IMG/VR virus record: IMGVR_UViG_2767802241_000002
Span: 1-64,000 of that record
Strand: one strand, 5' to 3'
Source: a virus
Lineage: Duplodnaviria > Caudoviricetes
DNA length: 64,000 nucleotides
The notes beneath the pieces were generated by a model. The model saw only the letters and a list, made by a program, of their open reading frames with translations, was not told the origin of the DNA and did not search any database. Shown piece after piece: positions 38,628 to 47,600 of the stretch. The stretch's first letter is position 1, and each line of letters begins with the position of its first letter. Made by a program: the position numbers and the translations under genes.

Positions 38628-40017
38628 TAATGCCAGTCAGTTAAGGCTTGACTGGCATTTTTTTCGGATATTTTTTAGGTTTGCCTTTCACTACCCTTGG
38701 GCAACTTCTCTGCCTTCTTTCAGGGATAATGAACATGGCTGACTGATCCAATAAACGAGCTAAATGCTTTGGAAGGTTCCCTGCTGATTCTAAGGGTGTA
38801 TGTCTTAATATATTGATAATGGCTATTGAGGCAATATGAAAGCTAATTCTTAATGGGCTTATATTTTGCGTTTGAGCCATAACCTTTATTTGTCTTCTCA
38901 ACACATTGTAAGCAATCAATACCCCCCATAATTCTTGATAAACCAATTCAGGTTGCTTGCTTCTTAAATTCAGTCCGTCCTGTAAATCGCTCTTTATCTC
39001 TCGATAACACATCTCTATTTCCCAACGCTGAATGTATAGATCAGCTAAATCTTTCATTGGGTAAAGCTTTGAATCTAATAGTGATGTTATGTAACGTCGA
39101 GTTCGACCTTGGTGCTGAACTTCAATCAGACGTGCTTCCCAGAACTGACCTAATTCAGGATTTAACTTTTGCGCTCTTGGTGAAATTGGCATACGAACCA
39201 AGAAATCTTGCTTTGAGTTTTTCGAAATAAGTTCATAACGTAAGTTATCTTTGGCGCGCATTAACCAATGGCTATTTACACCTGTAGATTGCCAATGAAT
39301 CAGAAAATCTGCAGAGAAATACGCTCGATCAAACAAAGTAATGCTTTGATCAGGAACGAGTAACTCTTTTGCTAATGTGAGTTCACCTTTGCCCATATCC
39401 CCAATTTGAGCATCGATAATTTCATGTGTATTGGTATTGATGAGGCAAGTCGCCCGCACTTGGGGCCAAGGGGCTACTTCTGTTTTACCTTTAGATGAAC
39501 CAAAGTGAGCAAAGTTTTCAGGGGTATGTGGCATTAACCAAACCACGCCATCAACTGCACAGACATTTAACTCATGGAAAGTTGCGTATTGAGAGAATGA
39601 TTCTTTAGACCATGATTGACTCAATTGATTAAAGAGCACTTTTAATGGCTCTAAACCTAGGCGCTGTCTAGCTTGAACAGATGCACTTGGGGCACACGGA
39701 GGTTGAGATCCAAAGACTAATTGTAATTGCTCGACAACAAACCAAATGGGCTGATTTCGAAATAAAGCAAGTCCTATCACAAGCCAGACGACATGTTCGG
39801 CAGGCAACTTTCTTTTTCGGATTGAAGCTTTTCCTGTTTCGGATAAGCTTTTTTCAATCCAGTCATGATCAATAAGTTCACTAAACTTATCTAGGCTAGG
39901 TATTGATTGTTGCAAGACTGAATCTATATTTTGAGCAAAAGACATAAAAAATGAGCGTAATTTGATACGCTCATTTTTACTATATTTTAGACTTTTTGTC
40001 TTAACTGATCAGCATTA
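38628..40017 (-). mobile_element. IS4-family element with 10-bp target duplication
   Basis: IRs TAATGCCAGTCAGTTAAG / CTTAACTGATCAGCATTA; direct repeats GCCTTATAGC at 38618-38627 and 40018-40027. Confidence 0.95.
38641..39945 (-). CDS. IS4-family transposase
   Basis: AVDG, FDRAY, Y..RWEIE..YREIK signature. Confidence 0.95.
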   Translation of the reverse strand: MSFAQNIDSVLQQSIPSLDKFSELIDHDWIEKSLSETGKASIRKRKLPAEHVVWLVIGLALFRNQPIWFVVEQLQLVFGSQPPCAPSASVQARQRLGLEPLKVLFNQLSQSWSKESFSQYATFHELNVCAVDGVVWLMPHTPENFAHFGSSKGKTEVAPWPQVRATCLINTNTHEIIDAQIGDMGKGELTLAKELLVPDQSITLFDRAYFSADFLIHWQSTGVNSHWLMRAKDNLRYELISKNSKQDFLVRMPISPRAQKLNPELGQFWEARLIEVQHQGRTRRYITSLLDSKLYPMKDLADLYIQRWEIEMCYREIKSDLQDGLNLRSKQPELVYQELWGVLIAYNVLRRQIKVMAQTQNISPLRISFHIASIAIINILRHTPLESAGNLPKHLARLLDQSAMFIIPERRQRSCPRVVKGKPKKYPKKMPVKP

Positions 40018-40119
40018 GCCTTATAGCGGTTTTTGCTTTTATAATTTAGTCTAATAAATCTTATAGTTATCTTTATTCTTTGTTATCATGTTTACGCAAT
40101 TTAACAAAGCAGAAATATT

Positions 40120-40731
40120 ATGAATAAATTATTTGTTGCCATATTGGCTAGTTTCGCTATTTGCTCAAATGCACAGGCTGGAAACCTATCACCAAAGTCG
40201 GTATTTGCAGAATACTCCTATCAAAAGGGTGATTTTGAGAATGATAATGGGGTTGATATGAATGGTTTTGGTATTGGACTTTCATCTTCACCGCAAGCAA
40301 GCGGTTGGTGGGGTAAGTTTGAATATCAGAGCAATAGTGATTTTGATGGCGATTATTACGAAGTTTCAGGCGGTGGTCATTATAACTTTTTGAGCAATGA
40401 TCGCTTTTATGCACTTGGTACGGTTGGTTTGGGGGTTGGTGTATTGGATGTTGATAGTTTTGATAATACATCTTACATTACGATTCCCTTAGGGTTGGAA
40501 GCTGGGGTTAATTTAAATAAAAACTTTTCTGTTTACGGCGGTGTTGGGTACAAGTGGGCTTTTGATGTAAGTAATAATGATAAAACTCGTTGTAATGACG
40601 GCTCAACAAGCAATAGTTCTGGATCCGGATCTTGTTCTCATCATGGTGGGGTGAACTATTATTACGCTTCGAATAGTATAGGTGATTTTGATGGCGTCAC
40701 CTATAAGGCAGGCTTGCGTTATAATTTTTAA
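40120..40731 (+). CDS. Outer-membrane beta-barrel protein (Lom/Ail/OmpA-barrel-like)
   Basis: Signal peptide, alternating beta strands, C-terminal AGLRYNF. Confidence 0.85.
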   Translation: MNKLFVAILASFAICSNAQAGNLSPKSVFAEYSYQKGDFENDNGVDMNGFGIGLSSSPQASGWWGKFEYQSNSDFDGDYYEVSGGGHYNFLSNDRFYALGTVGLGVGVLDVDSFDNTSYITIPLGLEAGVNLNKNFSVYGGVGYKWAFDVSNNDKTRCNDGSTSNSSGSGSCSHHGGVNYYYASNSIGDFDGVTYKAGLRYNF

Positions 40732-40813
40732 ATAGCACAATAAAAACCACCCAAAGGTGGTTTTTTATCACCCAATTAACGATAATGATCTCATTGTTTA
40801 AATTGGGGTTATT

Positions 40814-41242
40814 ATGAAAAAGATAGCTTTATTCTTTTTAATTTTGCTTAATCAGCCTGTGTGGGCGGCTCCAACTTTCCTTCTAGAGTGGGACAGCAAA
40901 GGAGAAGCCTCCTCAGTAAATGGTGTTACTTACCTTGGGTGGGATAATGATCCCAGTTGCACCGCTGATATTTTTATAGATGAAATTAAGTCTTTTAACT
41001 ATACAGCTTATGATGGGAACGTGGAGATTATCACAAAAAACAATCACTCCCCAGATGGATTATTTATTTACAAAAAAGACCTGAAAGGGTTGAATTTTGA
41101 TGGAAATAACCACCTGTCAACACTCTTAAAAACTAAGGAGAAAGTTGTTTTTATTGGTGAGAAATGCGGATCTGGTGGTTATTTCAACATAGGAAGCATA
41201 ATTAAATTGAGCGAGATTAATAAGGCAAGCAAAGCACCCTAG
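40814..41242 (+). CDS. Moron, exported protein
   Basis: Signal peptide MKKIALFFLILLNQPVWA. Confidence 0.75.
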   Translation: MKKIALFFLILLNQPVWAAPTFLLEWDSKGEASSVNGVTYLGWDNDPSCTADIFIDEIKSFNYTAYDGNVEIITKNNHSPDGLFIYKKDLKGLNFDGNNHLSTLLKTKEKVVFIGEKCGSGGYFNIGSIIKLSEINKASKAP

Positions 41243-41260
41243 GGTGCTTTTTTGTTGGGG

Positions 41261-42052
41261 TTACGCTAGTTCCTCAAAACCATCATACATATTCGTACCT
41301 GCTGGGTTTCGCTGAAGTAAGGACATACATCCCTCATTGAAGACTAAAGGCAACTTGGATTGTAAATACTGATCTGCCTCAAATGCTGACTTTTTCATAT
41401 CGTCAAGCCACTTGCTGAGTGTGCCCTCCGAATCGCCGCGATTTAAAAGCAGTCTTTTAATAAGTTTTGTTTCACATTCACGGCGAACTTCAATATAAGG
41501 CTCAATGATGTTTAAAATGCGTTGAAACTCTTGCGCCATCGCTGGTAAGTGTTCGACTTCAAACTTGGCAGGGCTAGGTACGCCAGTGACATGGCGTAGC
41601 GAGTGATAGACAGCATTTGTAAATGATCTCTTATGATCCAAATATCCAGCACAGCACCAAATAAGACGCTTTAAATTCAGCATATCGTTGTTGTTGATAT
41701 AGTTGCGCTTTTCAATAGGTTTAGGGGCTTCATATTTGCCAGTTTTACGGATAGCTGGTAAAACTTCAGAGGTTACCCATTTTTTGAATCTTTTTGCTTC
41801 AGGTTTTCGACTTTTTAAAATCGCTGAATAGAGACCAGATTCGTTGATGATAGATAAATCTTGGCTTCCAGAGGGGGTACGCAGATTGTGCGTACCCTTT
41901 TCATCATCATCTAAGAAACGAGTCATGTCGCTTGCCATACGATAATCTAAAGCATTTGCAACATCTGTAGCAACAAACCAAAGCTCGCCGTTTATATCAA
42001 TGATACGGATGTCGTGTTGATCATGAAAAGTGAATTGTGTTAGATTAGCCAT
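41261..42052 (-). CDS. BRO-N domain antirepressor-like protein
   Basis: WFVATDVA..L, INESGLYS.ILKSRKPEAK.FKKWVTSEVLPAIRKTG.Y. Confidence 0.92.
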   Translation of the reverse strand: MANLTQFTFHDQHDIRIIDINGELWFVATDVANALDYRMASDMTRFLDDDEKGTHNLRTPSGSQDLSIINESGLYSAILKSRKPEAKRFKKWVTSEVLPAIRKTGKYEAPKPIEKRNYINNNDMLNLKRLIWCCAGYLDHKRSFTNAVYHSLRHVTGVPSPAKFEVEHLPAMAQEFQRILNIIEPYIEVRRECETKLIKRLLLNRGDSEGTLSKWLDDMKKSAFEADQYLQSKLPLVFNEGCMSLLQRNPAGTNMYDGFEELA

Positions 42053-42136
42053 GTTGACTTTCCTTTAAGTTGTTGACATCAATTAAGCCCTCGCCGTGCA
42101 AAGTCTGGGCTTTTTTGTTGTCTGAGATATTCATAA

Positions 42137-42934
42137 TTATGCTCGAAAGATACTATTTAATTTGATGCCATAAACTGCTTGCCACGCATCTTTAGGGTAA
42201 GTTTTTACTGATCCGTAATTAGCATCATAAATATCTTTGATTTTCTTGCCGTTATCCTGGCACCATTTTTTTAGAGTGCGCCAGTTGAACTTTTCACCAG
42301 TTACAGTCTCAACAGCTTTAATTGAAGCGTAGTTTTTGGATTCGCCCAGTTGCTCTTTTAGTTTTTCAGCTTCACGACTTTTTGCTGATGCAGTTGCCAT
42401 TGCGGTAGCTTCACGGCGTTTACCGATTTCAGCTTTAGTTGCTACAGCATGGTCACGTTCCTGTTGTGCAATTTGCTTTGCTTTGTATTCAGCAGCCCAA
42501 GCAATAGCAGCCTCGGCAGGATCAGCGAAGTTTGGCAGGGTTAAGTCATTCTGCTGTGATTGCTTTTTAAAATTAAAGTAGCAGTCTTCAAGTTGTTCAA
42601 ATACATTCCAAGACTGATCAGTGTCTAAAATCTTGGCATGTCGTGCTGCACCTTTTTCAGTCCAGAGCATTAGTCGTGCTGTATGTTTTGGAACATGGTG
42701 AATACCAGTTACCATGTTCTTAAAAGCTTTGAGTTCAGCGCCTTCAACTTTAAAATAGTGCTTACCTTCAATAAATCGACTGGTGTTATTTGAGAAGTTC
42801 TTTTTTACATTATCGGTCTCAGTGCCATAAAAATCTGCCAACTGCTCAGTAGTCATAACAGGTACAGATTGATACTCAATAATTGATGTTTGCTTGTCGG
42901 CGATACAGACAGGGGTGTTAATTAATGCATTCAT
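42137..42934 (-). CDS. ORF6N-domain antirepressor-like protein
   Basis: VMTTEQLADFYGT, RFIEGKHYF, LWTEKGAARHAK. Confidence 0.88.
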   Translation of the reverse strand: MNALINTPVCIADKQTSIIEYQSVPVMTTEQLADFYGTETDNVKKNFSNNTSRFIEGKHYFKVEGAELKAFKNMVTGIHHVPKHTARLMLWTEKGAARHAKILDTDQSWNVFEQLEDCYFNFKKQSQQNDLTLPNFADPAEAAIAWAAEYKAKQIAQQERDHAVATKAEIGKRREATAMATASAKSREAEKLKEQLGESKNYASIKAVETVTGEKFNWRTLKKWCQDNGKKIKDIYDANYGSVKTYPKDAWQAVYGIKLNSIFRA

Positions 42935-43095
42935 ACTGCTGCTCCTTGAATTTGTTTATAAAGTTTAATCGCCTGATTAACTATAAAGTTAATCGAGCGA
43001 TCGTGTTTATTTGCGTGTTGTTTAAGCCATTCATGATCATTGGGATCAATGACTCTAATCTTCATTTGTGGGTGAGCAATTGTTTCGGTAGACAT
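42931..43095 (-). CDS. Arc-like RHH repressor (module B)
   Basis: PQMKIR...WLKQ.A...DRSINFIV; GGAG RBS. Confidence 0.8.
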   Translation of the reverse strand: MSTETIAHPQMKIRVIDPNDHEWLKQHANKHDRSINFIVNQAIKLYKQIQGAAV

Positions 43096-43106
43096 GTTTA
43101 ATCTCC

Positions 43107-43179
43107 AATGAACCACAGTGGTTCATTTGAATTAAAACTGAACCACGGTGGTTCTATTGTCAATACCCCACGGTGGTAT
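43107..43179. promoter_or_regulatory. Three operator palindromes, module B
   Basis: AATGAACCACAGTGGTTCATT, GAACCACGGTGGTTC, ATACCCCACGGTGGTAT. Confidence 0.85.
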
Positions 43180-43218
43180 AAAATGAATATTATTTTGTGG
43201 TATATGGTTGTAATTTAT

Positions 43219-43743
43219 ATGAGCAGAGTAGATCCCCAGTTAAAGCTTAGATTGCCGCTGGAATTGAAAGATAAAATTACTGAATCAGCAGCAAGTCTTG
43301 GTCGATCTATAAATGCTGATGTTGTGGCAAGACTGGAACAAAGTTTTGATCAAGCTGGTGTTGAGTTGCGTCAAAATGAAATGATAATTGATAAGGATCT
43401 ATATAAAGAGCTTATAGGGATGCGTAAGGATTTATTAAAAATGTCAAAACTTATATATGACGGATTTGCTCCAAAATTTGAAGAGATAAAAATATTGCCC
43501 TATTCAAAACCCACCAACAAGGCTATCGCAGTTGGTGACACAATTAAGTTAAATTTCACATTCGGGGAATCAAATAATAGTAGATTTGGCAATTTTAGTG
43601 TTCTTGAATATGATGGCGAGATAGGCATTGCCGAACTGATTGGGGTTACATTGGATATAAACTATTTTGAAGATTATGAGGATAGAATTGGTTCAAAATA
43701 TAAATTCAAAAAAAATGATGTAGTTGATGTTAAAAAGAAGTAA
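43219..43743 (+). CDS. Arc/Mnt-family repressor with extra C-terminal domain (Mnt-like, module B)
   Basis: MSRVDPQLKLRLPLELK..I...GRSINA....RL. Confidence 0.85.
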   Translation: MSRVDPQLKLRLPLELKDKITESAASLGRSINADVVARLEQSFDQAGVELRQNEMIIDKDLYKELIGMRKDLLKMSKLIYDGFAPKFEEIKILPYSKPTNKAIAVGDTIKLNFTFGESNNSRFGNFSVLEYDGEIGIAELIGVTLDINYFEDYEDRIGSKYKFKKNDVVDVKKK

Positions 43744-43857
43744 TTTAAAACCCACTTTCTGAACCGCCCTCAAAAATTGGCTTCCAGTCCAGTTTGAAGG
43801 GTGGTTTTTTTACGCTCATTTGTTGATAATGATCTCATTGTTTAAATAGAGATTATT

Positions 43858-44196
43858 ATGAGAAAGGTATTGTTAATCGCCGTTGGGTTGGCTTTGGTGG
43901 GGTGTGGGCAGTCTGAGGCAGAAAAAGCTAAGTCTAAAAAAGAAATGACAGAGATTAAGGTTAATCGAATCGGCAAGGAGCGAGTAATTGCTAAACTTAA
44001 GGATGGTGGATCTGCGAAATTTCAAAATCAAGTAGCATTTTGCGGTGAAGTTAATGCAAAAAATAGTTTTGGTGCATATACGGGATTTAAGCGATATATA
44101 GCTGCTAGTGATGAGTTGGTAGTTATGGAGGATAATATGGATCCAAAAGAGTTTGATGACGCATGGAGGGAGTATTGCGTTAGTTATGCCAAATAG
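43858..44196 (+). CDS. Moron lipoprotein
   Basis: Lipobox LVGC; CGEVNAKNSFGAYTG motif. Confidence 0.82.
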   Translation: MRKVLLIAVGLALVGCGQSEAEKAKSKKEMTEIKVNRIGKERVIAKLKDGGSAKFQNQVAFCGEVNAKNSFGAYTGFKRYIAASDELVVMEDNMDPKEFDDAWREYCVSYAK

Positions 44197-44253
44197 TTTT
44201 AATTAATTAAGACCCGCAAATTGCGGGTTTTTTTATGCCTAAAGGAAAGTGAA

Positions 44254-44601
44254 ATGAAAGATAAATCAAAGTGGTTTGTGTATAAACAGAGCAATGGTAA
44301 ACAGGTAGGCTGCTTTCGATTGAAGCCATTTAGCAATATAGAGTGTTCTAAGGCTTTAGGCATGCTTATGTTACGAAAAAACATCTTGGGAATAGAGGGA
44401 ACTGGATTTTACCAAGAGTTTATTAAGATCATTGCTGAGCATGTCATTCAGGACTGGGAAAATATCACTCTGCAATTTACTGATAAGCATGGTTTTGAAA
44501 CAGAAAAATATACACCTGAAAACGCATATCAATTAATGGCATGTGGGGATATTGGAACAGAATTAGCTGTCTGGATTATAGATAAGGCAAAAAGTATTTA
44601 A
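44254..44601 (+). CDS. Second tail-assembly-chaperone-like protein
   Basis: Similar to 33950-34420 (H.I.DW..IT, Y..E.A..L...GDIG..L...I...A..I); AAGGA RBS. Confidence 0.75.
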   Translation: MKDKSKWFVYKQSNGKQVGCFRLKPFSNIECSKALGMLMLRKNILGIEGTGFYQEFIKIIAEHVIQDWENITLQFTDKHGFETEKYTPENAYQLMACGDIGTELAVWIIDKAKSI

Positions 44602-44682
44602 CTGCTAACCACTAATACAACTTTTTACACTCAACTACAGGGCTCGTTTTTACGAGCTTTTTTATTACCTAGAGGAACCGAA

Positions 44683-47600
44683 ATGGCAGAACAAGTATCT
44701 GGTTTATTGATAAGAATTGATGCTGTTGAGGCAAAAAAAGAAGCGCTTAAGCTCAATCAGCAATTAGTAAATATGACAACATACGGCGATCGTGCTGGGA
44801 AATCTGCTGAGAATCTCGGTGGCTCACTTAGAACAGCAAGTAGTGCTGCCAAAGAGCTCCTTAAATATACAGCAACACTTATTACAATTGATAAGGCCGT
44901 CAGCATGGCTGATGGGTATGTTCAAATGGCCGCCCAAATAAGAAATGCTACAACTAGTGCCGCAGAATACGATAAGGTTCAAAAGCATTTACTTGAAACA
45001 GCTAATACTACTTATCGCTCCCTTAAGGAGGCTCAGCAAGTATATTTAGATGTGGGAGGCTCCCTTAAAGCGTATGGATACACAACCGAACAGGCTTTAA
45101 GGATCACTGATAGCTTATCGTTTAGTTTTACGCACAATGCTACAGCTGCGGATAAAGCAGCAACTGCTACAAACGCATTTATGGCAAGTGTCTACAGCGG
45201 TCAGGCGACTGGTGAGCAGTTTAGATCAATACTTTCCGCCATACCAAGTATTGTTGATGACTTATCAACAAGCATGGAAAAGTCGAAAGATATTATTTTA
45301 ACAATGGGTAATGCTGGTCAAATTACAAGAGAGCAATTAACTCGTGCTTTTGACGAAAGTCGGGAAAAAAGTGAGCAATTAGCGAACAATATGGAAAACA
45401 GTCTTGCAGATGGTTTGACAGCTCTCTCTAACTCATTGACTGTATTTCTTGGAAATATAAACCAATCAACTGGAGCTACAAATTCAGCAGCAGCAGCATT
45501 GGGTATCTTGGGTGAAAATATAGATAAAGTGGCAATCTTAGGGGGTGTTGCAGCATCGATTTATGCTGGTCGCCTAGCTGCTGCGTTTGTAGTGTCTGCA
45601 CAAAAAGCAGCATGGAATACTGCCGCTTTGATTACACAAACGGGGGCAATGATTGGCGCAAAAACAGCAGCAAACAACCTGTATCTTGCGCTCGGTGGTC
45701 CTGTAGGTTTGACAGTGGCTGTTGTTGGTGCTGCCGCATCAATATATTCACTAAGAGACGCAGCAAAAGAAACTACCCCAGTGCTAGAAAAACAAGCAAA
45801 AGAGGTTAAGGATCTGGTTGCCGAGTATGACAAATTGGACGAAGCTCAAAAAAGACAGGCATTGCGAGAGCAAATAGCAGATGTCCAAGAGTTAAGTGAG
45901 GCTCATAAAAAGCAATATCTAGCATTAACTGGTCTTGGTCGTGTTGTTATCAATAACACAGACCTAACTTTAAAAGATCGAGATGCAGCAAAGTCTCTTT
46001 ATGATCAATATATAAATGGCAAGATCAGCGCAGAGCAATTTGCATCTGGTTTAAATAAACTAAATTCAGTTAATAAGGATCTTAAAGAAAGTATTGATAA
46101 GCAGGCAAACGCTACATCTTTAGCAAATAAAGCTTATGAAAAAGCTATTCAGCTTCGTGATTTGTTTCTAGGGCGCTCTAAAGATACTGTCAATTCTCAT
46201 GATAATGAGACGGCGGCGCTACAACGTAAAAAGAAAGCATTGGATGATCTTAATCAAAGTAGCGAGCAGCAAAATGCCAAAAATGAATTATGGCTACGGA
46301 ATGTTAAGGCTGCTGGTGGTGGGCAAAAAGGGCTTGATTGGGGCAACTTTATGGAGTCATGGCGTAGCCGCAACAACATTGCGTCAGACACTCATTTGAG
46401 CGATGAACAGCTCAAAATTGCATACAAAGAATATAATCTTGAGCAAGCGCGAAAGAAAGTTCAGGATGATATTACAAAATCCATTCAAGCGCAGAACAGC
46501 GAACTCAACAAGCAAGCCAAACTGACTAAAAACCTTGGTAATGGTCTAGTGAGTAACTCACACTTAAAAGGATTACCAATCAAAAGCCGTGAGTCCATTG
46601 CTGGCGGTAGTGTTCGCGGTTATACAGCGGAATTTGCTCAAATTCTTGGTAAAGAATTGAAAAGCTCAATCAATACTTTCACAGGGTTTAATGACAAGTT
46701 TCATAAGGGTAAAGGGGGTAGACATCCGCAAGGTCAGGCATTTGATATTCGTCTAAACGGCGGTTCCGATAGTGCAAAAGTAAACGCTCAAATTAAAGCA
46801 TTAGCTGATAAATATGGCTACGTTGTGAAAACTTTAGATGAATATAAGAATCCATCTAAACACGCAACAGGTGGACATATGCATGTTAGTGTGACAGGGC
46901 GTAAAAAGGGGCAAGCTGGAGCGGTTGCTGACTTGGATATTTATGATGAGATTCAACGCCGTGAAGATGCTCAAGCCAATCAACGCATTCAACTCGCACT
47001 TGCCGTCGCGGATGAAAAAACGCGCATTGAGGCTCGATTGCAAGAAGATATTAAGGAAATCAGCCAAGCTGGCTTTTCGCCTGAGGAGACCGCTAAATTA
47101 ATCGCTCAATATCGCGAACGTGCTGATGCTGAGATTGCTTTAGCTGAATATGCATTGCAGACAAAACTTGATGACTATAAAGATTTTCAGCGTTCAGAAT
47201 CTGAATTGCTTGAAAAGAGTTTTATGCAGAAGAAGTTTTACGCCGCAAATGATATTGAGTTGAGTAAAGAAGAACGGCAAAAAGCCGTATCGCTTCTTGA
47301 TGAGCAGTTAAAGCGAGAACAGGCTTTGCTTGAAATGGCAAAAGAGCAACGCCTATTTCAAATCCGATCTCAATTCATGTCTGAAGCGCAGGCAATGCAA
47401 GAGCGCTACAGACTCGAAGAGGCTGAACTGGTCAATATCAACGATCTGCAGGAGCGAAACTTTCAGCGCGCAATGATCCGCTTAAAGCAAGAGGAGGAAA
47501 CTAGAAAGCGCATGAATGATGCTGCCATGGCTTGGGATCAGGTGCAGGCACAGATGCGTAACTCCAGTGGAATGATGCAAGTTGAACAGGATCGGTTTAG

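Noticed and set aside
40781-40803. Canonical Fur box
   Set aside because: Spacer between AATGA and TCATT is 2 nt instead of 3; kept only as a shared promoter motif
43108-43218. N-terminal extensions in the ORF track (also 37599, 32295, 19713, 53547, 55936, 13586)
   Set aside because: They run through operators, terminators or neighbouring genes; downstream ATGs fit RBS and domain starts better
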